Position numbers and translations under genes: made by a program. Source: an uncultured Planctomycetaceae bacterium (GTDB lineage: Bacteria > Planctomycetota > Planctomycetia > Pirellulales > PALSA-1355). Taken from it: a stretch of 64,000 nucleotides of DNA. The notes under the pieces are model-generated. The model was not told where the DNA came from, searched no databases, and was given only the letters and a program-made list of their open reading frames with translations. The stretch spans positions 5,026 through 69,025 of the forward strand of contig CALFYT010000120.1 in assembly GCA_937952415.1 (NCBI GenBank), read 5' to 3'. Within the stretch, counting starts at the first letter, position 1, and every line of letters begins with the position of its first letter. Of this stretch, positions 39,624 through 50,212 are shown in pieces.

Positions 39624-39778
39624 GGCGTCAAAACACCCATCTACGTTCTGCCGGAAGGTGGGACTACATTCCATGCTATCCGCGCCGGTGGGAGCCCGGC
39701 TAGAGCGCGCCTACTTCCTGCTTAGCTTGCGGGCTTGGCGGGTCGCGACCTGTGAGGCGCAAAGTACCCGCGGTGAAG

Positions 39779-41002
39779 TTACTCTGTGGGCGGACTGACG
39801 AGTTCGCCGGCCGCGATTGAGGAGAGTTGCTGATAGAGCAGCATGTCGATGCTCTCTTGCAAGAAATGGACGGATCCGTCGGCGAATAGAAAGTTGCAGC
39901 CGGTGGTGTGGTCGCTGCGAAAGTTTGGAGTAAGGTGCGGGCCGCCAGACGGATTAAGCCCGCGGGTGCCCGGCGCGCCACGCTGGCTCTTGCGACAATC
40001 TGTCGGAGAACCGTCGTCGTGCTGGGCCTGGGTTGGGGGCCATTTGTTGATCGGCTCCATCGTGCAACACATGAGGTTGCCGACGTGCAACTGAACGACG
40101 TTGTTCAGCCAACGGTACGACGGCTGAGCCGCTACCCACGCTTGCCAACAGAGACGAACCTGCCCATAGTCGTCAAGTCCCGGGAGTGACGTCCGTAGGT
40201 TCTCGTAAACCGTTCCATTCCAAATGGGGACGTCCGCTTCCGCGTTAGAAACGGGCCAGTTCAAGCCATGTGCTGCCTCGCCCATTGCGATCGTATTGCT
40301 CAGGCCGTCTGAAACTTTGCGAATGTTAACCGCCCAGTTGAAGTCGAACATACCGCGATCTCGCATGTGGACGGATGGAGGGCCGGGAGGCTTGTCGCCC
40401 TGTGCGAGGCAATACGCATCCGTCACTCCCTTGCAAAAGGCGTAATTCGTCGCACCCAAGGCCCGGTATTCGTTGCGCACCCCGCTGACAGCCCAGATCA
40501 CTTCCAGCAGCTTGTCGAGATGCGGACTATCGCCGGTGACCGACGGGCAAGAAAACGCGGGAATGACGGTGGCAACGACTTCCGGATCCTGGTGCCACCA
40601 ATCTTGCTTCATGTTGTACAGCCCGCGGAGACCTTCTTCTTCGAAGAAGGGAAGCAGCATCGCGTGGGGACTGGCGAAGATGCCGGATCCGCTGTTGCCG
40701 GCCAGGCTTCCCCCAACAAGATCTCCTGCCTCGCGCACGCAACCGCCTGCCGGAAACGTCTTGAGCGTGTCGTGATAGTTGTGTAGCGCGATTCCGAACT
40801 GCTTCAGATTGTTAACGCAGTTCGAACGTCGCGCCGCTTCGCGTGCCGCCTGAATCGCGGGAAGCAGTAGTGCCACAAGCACGCCAATGATGGCGATTAT
40901 CACGAGCAGCTCGACCAGTGTAAAACCGCGCGCGGGGCCCGGGCGACGTGCTACACGCGGACAGTTGTCCCGGACTAGCCGTTGGTTGCAGTGATTCAGC
41001 AT
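39779..41002 (-). CDS. DUF1559 protein with prepilin-type N-terminal methylation motif
   Basis: [54 protein letters not shown]-terminus [14 protein letters not shown]. Confidence 0.85.
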   Translation of the reverse strand: MLNHCNQRLVRDNCPRVARRPGPARGFTLVELLVIIAIIGVLVALLLPAIQAAREAARRSNCVNNLKQFGIALHNYHDTLKTFPAGGCVREAGDLVGGSLAGNSGSGIFASPHAMLLPFFEEEGLRGLYNMKQDWWHQDPEVVATVIPAFSCPSVTGDSPHLDKLLEVIWAVSGVRNEYRALGATNYAFCKGVTDAYCLAQGDKPPGPPSVHMRDRGMFDFNWAVNIRKVSDGLSNTIAMGEAAHGLNWPVSNAEADVPIWNGTVYENLRTSLPGLDDYGQVRLCWQAWVAAQPSYRWLNNVVQLHVGNLMCCTMEPINKWPPTQAQHDDGSPTDCRKSQRGAPGTRGLNPSGGPHLTPNFRSDHTTGCNFLFADGSVHFLQESIDMLLYQQLSSIAAGELVSPPTE

Positions 41003-41161
41003 TGCCTTATTCTACCACGTTCGCCTACCGAGCGCCGGCCCGGTACGACGGTTGTGAATGGAACTTTGCCGATCCTTCCGTCATGCGGCGCCACTGCCGA
41101 CATGTATCGATCTGACTTCCTCCAAGGCTTCGATCCGAGTTCGACATTCGCCCAACACACC

Positions 41162-41202
41162 AAGAAAAACGCCCCACCGGGTTTAACCGGCGGGGCGCTT
41201 TT
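41162..41202 (-). terminator. Rho-independent, apparently bidirectional terminator between the two DUF1559 genes
   Basis: Stem GCCCCACCGG (41171-80) / CCGGCGGGGC (41187-96), 10 bp with one mispair (A-C on the forward strand, G-U on the minus-strand transcript). Loop GTTTAA. A T5 tract follows on the minus strand and a T4 tract on the plus strand. Confidence 0.6.
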
Positions 41203-41228
41203 GGGATGCTAGGACAGCTCGGTCGAGA

Positions 41229-42395
41229 TTACTCCGTCGGAGGCGAAACGATTTCACCGCCCGCGATGGTCGAAAGCTGCTGATATAGCAACATGTCGAT
41301 GTTGTCCTGGAGGAAAATGACCGCACCGTCGGCAAACAGGAAGTTGCCGCCGGCTGGGTGATCGCTGCGGAAATTCGCACAAATATGGATCCCTCCAGCG
41401 TTTTGCTGGCCACGCGTACCGGGTGCAAGCCGTTGACTGTTGTTGCAGTTGGTCGGAGCACTGTCATTGTGCTGCGCCTGGCTCGGAGGCCACTTGTTGA
41501 GTGGTTCCATGGTCGGAATCAATGTATTTCCAACGTGCAACTGGATGAGGTCGTTCAACGACTTGTACGACGGTTGTGCCGCGACCCATGCCTGCCAACA
41601 GAGGCGCACCTGACCGAAGTCGTCCAAACCGGGCAAAGTCGTACGCTGGTTATCGTACGTTTGTCCATTGGGCGTCCAAATAGGTACATTTGCTTCAGCG
41701 TTCGAAACGGGCCACGCGGGGCCGTGAGCCGCCTCGCCAACTGCGATCGTGTTGCTCAGGCCATCGGGGATCTTGCGGATGTTGACTGCCCAGTTGTAGT
41801 CAAACATGCCGCGCGAATTCTTGTGCACTGCGGGTGGTCCCGGGGGCTTATCGCCAGGTGCCAGGCAATAGGCGTCGTTCGGTCCCTTGCAAAAGCCATA
41901 GTTTGTCACGCCTAATTCACGGTAGTTGTTCTGCACACCTCCCACGATCCAGATCGTTTCCAGCAGCTTGTCAAGGTACGGGTTTTCGCCGCTGACTGAC
42001 GGGCAGGCGAACGTGGGAATTACGGTGGAGACGACATTAGGATCCTGGTTCCACCAATCGTATTTGTGGTTGTACAAGCCACGCAAGCCTTCTTCTTCGA
42101 AGTACGGCATTAGCATCGAGTGGGGGCTGGCATAGATGCCGTCGTCGTCGCCGACCCCATTTCCTCCGTCGAGCTGGTTAGCACGTGCAACACACCCGCC
42201 CGCGGGAAACGTTTTCAGCGTGTCATGGTAGTTGTGCAGCGCAATACCGAACTGCTTCAGGTTGTTCACGCAGTTCGATCGACGGGCCGCTTCGCGCGCC
42301 GCCTGAATCGCCGGCAGCAACAATGCCACCAACACGCCAATGATGGCGATCACCACCAACAATTCGACCAACGTAAAGGCTCGCGACTTTCTCAT
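41229..42395 (-). CDS. DUF1559 protein with prepilin-type N-terminal methylation motif (paralog)
   Basis: [58 protein letters not shown]. About three-quarters aa identity to 39779-41002 by eye. Confidence 0.85.
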   Translation of the reverse strand: MRKSRAFTLVELLVVIAIIGVLVALLLPAIQAAREAARRSNCVNNLKQFGIALHNYHDTLKTFPAGGCVARANQLDGGNGVGDDDGIYASPHSMLMPYFEEEGLRGLYNHKYDWWNQDPNVVSTVIPTFACPSVSGENPYLDKLLETIWIVGGVQNNYRELGVTNYGFCKGPNDAYCLAPGDKPPGPPAVHKNSRGMFDYNWAVNIRKIPDGLSNTIAVGEAAHGPAWPVSNAEANVPIWTPNGQTYDNQRTTLPGLDDFGQVRLCWQAWVAAQPSYKSLNDLIQLHVGNTLIPTMEPLNKWPPSQAQHNDSAPTNCNNSQRLAPGTRGQQNAGGIHICANFRSDHPAGGNFLFADGAVIFLQDNIDMLLYQQLSTIAGGEIVSPPTE

Positions 42396-42877
42396 TGTTT
42401 TGTCTCCCCCGAGGATGGGTCGGAATACGCCTCGATGCGATGCGATAATGAAATATGAGTGCACACAAGGGACGTCCCTGTCGCCACTTCTCAAGAGAAA
42501 AGTTCCGGGCAAACGCTAGATCGCGACCGGGATATGCACGTCAATTATTATCGCTGTGCGAGCGGCCATGTCAAGGAAAGAATGAAGATTCTGGGAAGTC
42601 ATCGTCCGACCAGCCCTCAGTCCTCGACCGGCTGGCATCGTGAGCCGCCGTGCCGCTCGGACTGGCGGTAGTGCGTCGCTGCGAATCAGACTGCTATGTC
42701 AAAGCGGTTTGCCGCTTGGCTGGCTGGTAAACGAGAACTTCGATCGCCCAAAACCGTGGCCGATCGGGCCGAGATTGGGTCCGCTGCACAGGTGCGCAAA
42801 ATTGCGTCCTAGGCCGCGAAATGCGGGCCCGGACCAGCGCACGGCGGCATGACGTCCGATGGCTCGGCCGTCGATCC

Positions 42878-43582
42878 TTAACCGCCCAAGGCTCGGAGTG
42901 AGCCTTCCATCCGATCACCGAACGAAACCTCCCGCGACGTGGCCTCGGCGACCCGCCGGAGGTATTGGTCGCGCGGGATTTCGATGGCGCCCAACGATTC
43001 GGTGTGCGACGTAAGCTGTTGGATGTCGAACAAGGTATAACCGCGGGCTTGCAAGTGGGCGATGAGATGGACCAACGCCACCTTCGACGCATCGCGAACG
43101 CGATAGAACATGGACTCGCCGGCATACAGGCCGCCGACCGTTACGCCGTACGTGCCGCCCACCAGTTCGCTGTCGCGCCAAACTTCCACCGAATGGGCAT
43201 GTCCCGTTTCGTGCAGTTGGGTGTACGCGTCGATCATCGTGGGCGTGAGCCACGTATTGCCCACCCGCCCGTTGTCCGAAGCGCAGCCGGAGATCACTCC
43301 TCGAAAATCGCGATCGCACGTCACCTCGAACGGGGCACTGCGGCAGGTGCGGGCCAGCCGCCGTGACACGCGAAATCGATCGTACTCGAAGATCGCGCGC
43401 GGATCGGGCGACCACCAGACGACGATATCGGTGCCGTCAAAAATGGGCCAGGGAAAGATGCCGTGCGCATAGGCATCGAGCAACCATTGCGACGTCAACT
43501 CGCCGCCGAACATTACCACCCCTTCCGGCTCGGCCAGTTCGGCGGGTGGGAAGTACTTCGATTTGGGCAGTGCAAATTCCAC
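42878..43582 (-). CDS. aat: Leucyl/phenylalanyl-tRNA--protein transferase
   Basis: LLDAYAHGIFPWP....VWWSPDPRAIF, GESMF and ALVHL motifs. Confidence 0.85.
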   Translation of the reverse strand: MEFALPKSKYFPPAELAEPEGVVMFGGELTSQWLLDAYAHGIFPWPIFDGTDIVVWWSPDPRAIFEYDRFRVSRRLARTCRSAPFEVTCDRDFRGVISGCASDNGRVGNTWLTPTMIDAYTQLHETGHAHSVEVWRDSELVGGTYGVTVGGLYAGESMFYRVRDASKVALVHLIAHLQARGYTLFDIQQLTSHTESLGAIEIPRDQYLRRVAEATSREVSFGDRMEGSLRALGG

Positions 43583-43792
43583 GCGACACCTAACAGCAAA
43601 TCGGGCCGACGATTCGGCCCAACCTCGATGCTACGCCACGCACGCCGAGATTGCCACCAGACGCCTGCGGCCAAGGCCCGCAATCCCCGCGCCGGGCCAC
43701 GTGCTTTCCGATTGCGGTCGCGTTTCGCGATAGCTGAGCGACCATTCGGGGTGCATGCTGGACCGCCGGTGCCCAGGCCGATCACGCGGTTC

Positions 43793-43822
43793 TTGTGCGA
43801 GAAAAATCACCGGCAGTATAAT
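43793..43822 (+). promoter_or_regulatory. Putative promoter of dnaG-rpoD
   Basis: TTGTGC (43793-98), 18-nt spacer, perfect TATAAT (43817-22). The box sits only 5 nt before the ATG at 43828. Confidence 0.4.
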
Positions 43823-43890
43823 CAGCGATGTTCTGTGCCGGGAGGGAGGCACATACTCGGCCAATCGGCTCGATCGCGCAGGAGCTTGTC

Positions 43891-45759
43891 GTGTCAGAAG
43901 GAGCGTCGCTGGACACCAAGCAGCGAATCAAACAGGCGATCGATATCGTGGATCTCGTCGGCGGATACGTTACGTTGCGCCGCGCGGGCCGTGGATTCGT
44001 CGCGCTCTGTCCTTGGCACGACGACACGCGGCCCAGTTTGCAAGTTAATCCGGAGCGCCAGTCATTCAAGTGTTGGGTCTGCGACATCGGCGGTGATATC
44101 TTCAGCTTCGTAATGAAAATGGAGGGGGTGAGCTTTCCCGAGGCGTTGGCCCTGCTTGCCGATCGGGCCAATATCAGCCTCGAGCCCACGTCACGCGGAC
44201 GCTCGGAAACCGCGGCCGACGAGAAACGCACGCTCTACCAGGCCATGGCCTGGGCGGATCAGCAATACCACGCCTGTCTGATCAACGATCCCGAAGCCGC
44301 CGGAGCGCGGGCCTATTTGGAACAACGCGGCATGGACGTCGGCGTGATGCGCCGCTTTCAACTCGGCTTCGCTCCGAACCGTTGGGACTGGTTGATCCAG
44401 CGAGCTGGTGGCGCCGATTTTTCGCCGGCCGTCCTCGAGCGGATCGGCGTGGTCAGCCCGCGACGGCAAGGCACCGGCCACTATGATCGGTTCAAGGGGC
44501 GGGTTCTGTTTCCGATCTTCGACGCGCAGGGCCGCGCCGTCGGCCTGGGCGGACGCATCTTGCCCGAAGTGGCCACCGGCGACGAAGCCAAGTACATCAA
44601 CTCGCCGGAAACGCCGCTGTTCTCCAAGAGCCGGCTGCTCTACGGCTTGCATTTGGCCCGCGATGCGATTCGCAAGACCGGCACCGTGCTCGTCACCGAA
44701 GGATATACCGACTGCATCGCGGCCCACTTGCACGGTTTTGAGAACACCGTGGCCGTGTTGGGCACGGCGCTTGGTCCGGGCCACATTCAGGTGCTGCGCC
44801 GCTACGCCGACCGAGTGCGGGTCGTGCTGGTTCTGGACGGCGACGAGGCCGGACGCCGCCGCGCGAAGGAAGTGTTGGAATTGTTCGTCGCGGCCAATGT
44901 TGACTTGCGGGTGCTCACCCTGCCCGAGGGATCGGACCCGGCCGACTTTCTGGCGCTGCGTGGTGCCGCGGCGTTCGAGGGGCTGGTTGGCACCGCGACC
45001 GATGCCTTGAGCCACGCATTTCGCGCGGCCACGGCCGGCATCGACCTGCAAGCGGACGTGCATGCGTCGACGCATGCACTAGAGCAACTGGTCGCCACGA
45101 TTGCCAAGGCGCCGCGTCTGAGGGCGGACACCGCTACCGAAGATCGGCTGCGCGAGGAACGGTTTTTGCAGCGACTGGCCGCCGACTTTCGCGTGTCGGA
45201 AGAGCAGGTGCGTCGGTTGATGACGCAATTGCGGCGCAAATCGGCCGCCCGGTCGCAAATTGCCGCATCCGGCGGCGAATCGCAAGATCCGTCCGAAGGC
45301 GATTCGGTTGCTAGCGTACAGGGCGCAATCGATCCGTTGGAGCGCGAGCTCTTGGAAATCCTTACACAGGATCCCGCCGCGATTGAGCAAGTTGCGAGCG
45401 CGATCCAGCCTGCGCAATTTGTCTCGGAAGCGTGCCGTCACGTGTTCGCACAGTGTGCGGCGCTGTGGTCGCGGGGCATCGTTCCGGATGTGGAGCGACT
45501 GTTGTTGGAGAATGATGACGCATGGGTTAAAAACTTACTGGTCGAGTTGGACGAACGTGGTCGCGCGAAATTCACCGCCGACACAAACGATCGCTTGACC
45601 GGCGTATTGGCGGCGTTCGAGCGTCGCCAACAAGATCGTCAGATTCAACAACGCACCGAATCACTCAAGCAACGGCAAATGGCCGAGGAGGATGAGCTGG
45701 CCGTGCTCGTAGAGCTCGAACGTCACGGGCGTGCCCGGCAGCAACAACAAAAACAATAA
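43891..45759 (+). CDS. dnaG: DNA primase
   Basis: Zinc finger CPWHDDTRPSLQV..FKCWVCDIGGD, TOPRIM EGYTDCIA and LDGDEAG. GTG at 43891 has GGAG 6 nt upstream and gives the usual finger position. Alternative leaderless ATG at 43828. Confidence 0.9.
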   Translation: MSEGASLDTKQRIKQAIDIVDLVGGYVTLRRAGRGFVALCPWHDDTRPSLQVNPERQSFKCWVCDIGGDIFSFVMKMEGVSFPEALALLADRANISLEPTSRGRSETAADEKRTLYQAMAWADQQYHACLINDPEAAGARAYLEQRGMDVGVMRRFQLGFAPNRWDWLIQRAGGADFSPAVLERIGVVSPRRQGTGHYDRFKGRVLFPIFDAQGRAVGLGGRILPEVATGDEAKYINSPETPLFSKSRLLYGLHLARDAIRKTGTVLVTEGYTDCIAAHLHGFENTVAVLGTALGPGHIQVLRRYADRVRVVLVLDGDEAGRRRAKEVLELFVAANVDLRVLTLPEGSDPADFLALRGAAAFEGLVGTATDALSHAFRAATAGIDLQADVHASTHALEQLVATIAKAPRLRADTATEDRLREERFLQRLAADFRVSEEQVRRLMTQLRRKSAARSQIAASGGESQDPSEGDSVASVQGAIDPLERELLEILTQDPAAIEQVASAIQPAQFVSEACRHVFAQCAALWSRGIVPDVERLLLENDDAWVKNLLVELDERGRAKFTADTNDRLTGVLAAFERRQQDRQIQQRTESLKQRQMAEEDELAVLVELERHGRARQQQQKQ

Positions 45760-45906
45760 GCCAGCCTCGGTACTTCCGGGCCCACGGATGGGTAGGATGC
45801 CAGGTGTGGCCGATCGGCGGCTTGGCCGAGTACGAAGCGAAGCACAAGCCCAATGCCGATCCATCTCTTGTCAAGTGGCAGCCCAGTGCCAAGGAGGAAT
45901 TGACAG

Positions 45907-47562
45907 GTGGACCATTCTACGAAGGATTTGGATGAACTGGTCTCCGTGGGTAAGACCCAAGGATTTCTGACCTACGATCAGGTCAACGACTATTTACCCG
46001 ACGAAGCTGTCAACCCGGAGAAGCTCGACCGACTATTGGTCGCGCTGGACGAACTCGGGATCGAACTGATCAGCGAAGCGCCGGACTCCGGCGATACCCC
46101 AGCAGCCGCCGACACGACCTCGGCCGATGAACTTTCGGCCTCGGAAATAGCGTCGGCGATTCCTGCCCGCGACCTGCCGAAGCTCAGCGACGACCCGATC
46201 CGAATGTACCTGACGCAAATGGCGGAGATCCCGCTGTTGAGCCGGGCCGAGGAGATCGCGCTGGCCAAGAAGATCGAGGTCACGCGGAAACGATTTCGCC
46301 GTAGCGTGCTTGGGTGCCATTGGGCGTTGCACCTGACCACGCGCACCCTTTCCGAAGTGCATCGTGGCGTGTTGCCGTTCGATCGCACGATCAAGGTCTC
46401 GCTGACCGAGCGCTTGACGAAGGAACAAATCATCGCGCGGATGCCGTTCAACTTGCGCACCCTTGAGCACCTGCTGGCGCAGAACCGCGATGACTTCCGA
46501 AAGTTGATCGGTCGCAGGACGACCAGCGAGCAGCGCGCCGTTGCCCGACGTCGCTTCCTGCGGGGCCGGCGCAAGTCGCTCACGCTGGTCGAAGAGCTCA
46601 GCTTGCGCACCCGCCGGGTGCAACCGTTGGTCCGGCAGATCAAGGAAATGTCACGACGGATGGACACCCTGCGGGAAAAACTGCGCAGCATGGAGCACGA
46701 TCCGAATGCCGCCGAGGAACGTCGTGCCTTGCGCAAGGAGTTGCACGATCTGATGATGAACACGCTGGAAAGCCCCGCCAGCCTGCGGAAGCGCTGCGAG
46801 GCGATCGAGCGACAGTTCGAAGACTACGAGCAGGTCAAACGACAGCTTTCCAGCGGCAACCTGCGGCTGGTCGTGTCGATCGCTAAGAAGTACCGCAACC
46901 GGGGGCTGAGCTTCCTCGACCTGATTCAGGAGGGCAACACCGGGCTGATGCGTGCCGTGGACAAGTTTGAGTACCGCCGCGGTTACAAGTTTTCCACCTA
47001 TGCCACCTGGTGGATTCGCCAGGCCATCACCCGGGCCATCGCCGACCAGGCACGCACGATTCGCATTCCGGTGCACATGATCGACGTGCTTTCGCGGTTG
47101 CGCAACGTTGCAAAGCGGCTGCAGCAGGAATTGGGCCGGGAGCCGACGGCCGAAGAAACGGCCTGTGCGGCCGACATCACCGTCGAGGAAACGAAGCGCG
47201 TGTTGAATATCGGACGCCATCCGGTTAGTTTGGATCGTCCGATTGGTGAGAGTGAAGACGCCAGCTTCGGAGAGTTTATCGAGGATTCGGGCACCGAAAG
47301 CCCGATGAAGTGCGCCACGCATGCAATGCTCAAGAACAAGATCGAAGGGCTGCTTAAGACGCTCACGTATCGCGAGCGGGAGATCATCCGCCTGCGCTAC
47401 GGATTGGGCGACGGCTACACCTATACGTTGGAGGAGGTGGGCCGAATCTTCAAGGTCACGCGCGAACGCGTGCGGCAGATCGAAGCCAAGGCCGTGCGCA
47501 AGCTGCAGCACCCGGTGCGCAGCAAACCGCTGGAAGGATTCCTGGGCGGTGTCGCGGGATAG
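45907..47562 (+). CDS. rpoD: RNA polymerase primary sigma factor (sigma-70)
   Basis: Regions 1.1-4.2 recognisable ([61 protein letters not shown]). GTG start with AAGGAGG RBS. Confidence 0.92.
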   Translation: MDHSTKDLDELVSVGKTQGFLTYDQVNDYLPDEAVNPEKLDRLLVALDELGIELISEAPDSGDTPAAADTTSADELSASEIASAIPARDLPKLSDDPIRMYLTQMAEIPLLSRAEEIALAKKIEVTRKRFRRSVLGCHWALHLTTRTLSEVHRGVLPFDRTIKVSLTERLTKEQIIARMPFNLRTLEHLLAQNRDDFRKLIGRRTTSEQRAVARRRFLRGRRKSLTLVEELSLRTRRVQPLVRQIKEMSRRMDTLREKLRSMEHDPNAAEERRALRKELHDLMMNTLESPASLRKRCEAIERQFEDYEQVKRQLSSGNLRLVVSIAKKYRNRGLSFLDLIQEGNTGLMRAVDKFEYRRGYKFSTYATWWIRQAITRAIADQARTIRIPVHMIDVLSRLRNVAKRLQQELGREPTAEETACAADITVEETKRVLNIGRHPVSLDRPIGESEDASFGEFIEDSGTESPMKCATHAMLKNKIEGLLKTLTYREREIIRLRYGLGDGYTYTLEEVGRIFKVTRERVRQIEAKAVRKLQHPVRSKPLEGFLGGVAG

Positions 47563-47583
47563 TTTGCGGCTTGAACATTGCAA

Positions 47584-47616
47584 GCCGTCGGCCACGCAGG
47601 CCGGCGGCTTTTTTTA
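47584..47616 (+). terminator. Rho-independent terminator after rpoD
   Basis: GCCGTCGGCC-ACGCA-GGCCGGCGGC (10-bp stem, one G-U pair) followed by T7. Confidence 0.65.
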
Positions 47617-47626
47617 TTGCCCCACG

Positions 47627-47635
47627 TGATACAAT
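47627..47635 (+). promoter_or_regulatory. Putative extended -10 promoter (TGATACAAT) for the zinc-ribbon gene
   Basis: TGATACAAT read at 47627-47635, embedded in a GTGAT-aca-ATCAC inverted repeat, about 70 nt upstream of the ATG at 47706. Confidence 0.3.
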
Positions 47636-47705
47636 CACTCAGTGAGTCATTATTCGAGGCGTTCATTTGCCGACATATTCTTCAGAAATCTTACGCGAGA
47701 CATCC

Positions 47706-48425
47706 ATGACCGTCACTGCCGCCGCATTGCGCGAGCTGCATCGCATGCACATGCAGTTGAGCGACCTGCGCGATCGCATTCAGCGCGGGCCGAAGCAAAT
47801 CCGTGCCCGTGAAGCTGCCATTGCCCAATTGTCCGAAGAGCTGGCCCGGCTCGAAGCGGATCACAAAGCCGCCCGGGTGCGGAGCGACCAGAAGCAGTTG
47901 TTGCTGAAGACGGGTGAGCAAAAGATCGAAGATCTCAAAGCGAAGCTCAACGCCGCGGCCAGCAATCGCGAATACCAGGCGCTTAAGGATCAGATCGCCG
48001 CCGACCAAATGGCCGGCAGCGTGTTGGCCGACGAGATCCTGGAGATCATGGAAAAAATCGACGAATTGGCCGGACTGGTCCAGGCGCAGCAAGCCAAGAT
48101 CGCCACTGCGAAACAAGAACTGAGCAAGACCGAGCAGGCCGTGCGCGACCAGGCTGGGCAGTTGGACACCGACCGCAAACGGGTCGAAGTGGAACTTGCC
48201 ACGGCCGAAAAAGCGCTGCCGGATGACTTTTGCGTTCAGTATCGCCGCGTCGTCAATTCCAAGTCCGAAGATGCCATGGCCGAAGTGCAAGGCGAAGTCT
48301 GCGGCGGTTGCTTCGTGCAACTAACGCCAAACGATCTCGCCGAGTTGAGCATGGCCCGCGGAATCTCTTGTCGCAATTGTGGTCGGCTGATTTACCTGCC
48401 CGAGGATCGTACCGCGGGACGCTAG
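47706..48425 (+). CDS. Coiled-coil protein with C-terminal C4 zinc ribbon (COG1579-like)
   Basis: Long heptad-rich region, then CGGCFVQL...CRNCGRLIY. Confidence 0.75.
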   Translation: MTVTAAALRELHRMHMQLSDLRDRIQRGPKQIRAREAAIAQLSEELARLEADHKAARVRSDQKQLLLKTGEQKIEDLKAKLNAAASNREYQALKDQIAADQMAGSVLADEILEIMEKIDELAGLVQAQQAKIATAKQELSKTEQAVRDQAGQLDTDRKRVEVELATAEKALPDDFCVQYRRVVNSKSEDAMAEVQGEVCGGCFVQLTPNDLAELSMARGISCRNCGRLIYLPEDRTAGR

Positions 48426-48570
48426 TCGCACGATGTGCGGCAGGCGATGATTTGCTGGCACTCGCCAGCGCATCTGCTCGTTCGGAGGGCGGAGCAACAA
48501 CGCCGCTCGCGTGCGGCTGGCACGGTCGTCGGAAGCTACGGCGGGCCATTTGCAGGCGGCCGTTTCGCGG

Positions 48571-48599
48571 TTTACACGCGTCTGGGCATGGCGCACAAT
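48571..48599 (+). promoter_or_regulatory. Putative greA leader promoter
   Basis: TTTACA (48571-76), 17-nt spacer, CACAAT (48594-99). Confidence 0.3.
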
Positions 48600-48608
48600 A
48601 CAAACGCG

Positions 48609-48641
48609 CGGTCTCCCAGAGGTGGGGACCGCTCTTTTTTT
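48609..48641 (+). terminator. Intrinsic-terminator-like hairpin in the greA leader
   Basis: CGGTCTCC-CAGAGGT-GGGGACCG (8-bp stem, one G-U pair), then CTC-T7. Ends 35 nt before the greA ATG. Confidence 0.5.
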
Positions 48642-48676
48642 CGCACCCATCGTTTTCCCTTCGGCGAGAGTGAGCC

Positions 48677-49156
48677 ATGTCCGACCTCATCCCCATGACC
48701 CGCACCGGCTATGAAAAGATCAAGGCCGAGCTCGATCAACTGGAGAACGTGGAAATGCCCGCCGTCTCGCAACGGGTTGCCGATGCGCGCAGCGAGGGCG
48801 ACCTGAGCGAGAACGCCGAGTACCACGGCGCGAAAGAGTCGCAGGGCATGTTGCAGGCCAAGATCAATCTGCTTCGCGACAAACTAGCCCGGGCCGCCTT
48901 GGTCGATCCCTCGAAGCTACCCAAGGGCGAGGTGGTGTTTGGCTCGACCGTGGTGGTCAAGGATCTCGACTTCGGCGACGAGGAAGAGTTCGTGCTGGTC
49001 GGCGCGGGCGAGGAAGACTACGACGCGGGCAAGATCCTGGTCACCAGCCCGTTGGCTCAGGGGCTGATGGGCAAGAAGAAGGGCGAAAAGGTCGAGATCG
49101 AAGTGCCCAAAGGGACGATGAGCTTCGAGATCCTCGACATCCGTTTCGACGAGTAG
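48677..49156 (+). CDS. greA: Transcription elongation factor GreA
   Basis: [13 protein letters not shown]......V...[23 protein letters not shown]-terminal FKBP-like domain. Confidence 0.92.
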   Translation: MSDLIPMTRTGYEKIKAELDQLENVEMPAVSQRVADARSEGDLSENAEYHGAKESQGMLQAKINLLRDKLARAALVDPSKLPKGEVVFGSTVVVKDLDFGDEEEFVLVGAGEEDYDAGKILVTSPLAQGLMGKKKGEKVEIEVPKGTMSFEILDIRFDE

Positions 49157-49264
49157 CGGCCAGCGCGGAAAGGCGCCCGGGATGAATCGCGTCGGCCCGG
49201 TTGTGCCGCTTCGATGCACGGCGGCTAACGTTGACCCTTCGCGAGACGATGCGGAGCCGCCGGC

Positions 49265-50212
49265 ATGAGTGCTTTGGGCGACCAGTCAACTTCGACGAGT
49301 GGTGAGCGGCAACGGTCGCACGGCATCGAAGCGCCGCCACCGCCAAGTCGTCGTCGCGTCTGGATGACACTGGGCGCGTTGCTTGTCGTCCAGGGGGTGG
49401 TTTGCTTGTTCGTTTCGCCGTTCCATGCCGTTCCAGCTGGCGTGATTGTGTCACGAATCTACTTCGCGGCATTAGGCGCGGTACTCGCGCAACCCATGTT
49501 TTGGGCTATTGTCACGGTATTCGGACCGGGCGGCTGGCTGGTTCGGTACTCTGCTGGGATCGTATTCGTCGCAACGCTCGGCCTTCTGTCAATCAACAGC
49601 GCTCTGTGGACCAATATTGATAGTAAAGACGTTTTCGAAGCAATCGGTTTCTATCTTCTTCCATTTGTTTTTGTACAGGCGCCGCTGTTGGGATTGCGCT
49701 GGATGCGGGGATGGCGGATGGTTCAGACTGGCGCACAACAAGTCGACAGGGTGCACCCTCCACAGTTTAGTCTTCGTTGGCTCCTGGCGATCGTGACCGG
49801 CGTGGCCATAGTCTTCGCGATCGGCCGGACGTTTGTGGTCCTTGCGCAGTCATGGCGTTCAGCACAATGGAGGGTGGACCTTATATTCCTGCTTATTCTC
49901 ACTCTCGGAGTGAGCATTCCATCTCTATGCGCAACGCCGCTGGTCGTTGCGGCGCTAGGAACGAAGCGGCGAGCATACGGGCTTTGCGGAGCATTGGCCG
50001 GTTTGGTTGGAGTTGCCTCGGTTGTGTATTGGCTGGAACGCGATAATTCTGACGCGTTGGAAACCGTCGTTCTTTTCTTGCCCACCGCCTGGATCTGGAT
50101 CTTTTTGAATCTATGGGTTCTGCGCTGGTGCGGGTTTCGGCTGGTGCGCGATGTGCGAGACGCAAGTGCCGACGGTGCGCTGGCAGACGACGATGCGGAG
50201 TTGCCGGAATGA
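49265..50212 (+). CDS. Hypothetical polytopic membrane protein (tandem paralog 1)
   Basis: 315 aa, about 8 hydrophobic helices, internal PPQFSLRWLLAIVTG motif, C-terminal LRWCGFRLVR. Confidence 0.65.
   Translation: MSALGDQSTSTSGERQRSHGIEAPPPPSRRRVWMTLGALLVVQGVVCLFVSPFHAVPAGVIVSRIYFAALGAVLAQPMFWAIVTVFGPGGWLVRYSAGIVFVATLGLLSINSALWTNIDSKDVFEAIGFYLLPFVFVQAPLLGLRWMRGWRMVQTGAQQVDRVHPPQFSLRWLLAIVTGVAIVFAIGRTFVVLAQSWRSAQWRVDLIFLLILTLGVSIPSLCATPLVVAALGTKRRAYGLCGALAGLVGVASVVYWLERDNSDALETVVLFLPTAWIWIFLNLWVLRWCGFRLVRDVRDASADGALADDDAELPE

Noticed and set aside
44191-47595. Minus-strand ORFs of 294, 257, 196 and 314 aa
   Set aside because: They are antisense to dnaG and rpoD, so they are shadow frames.
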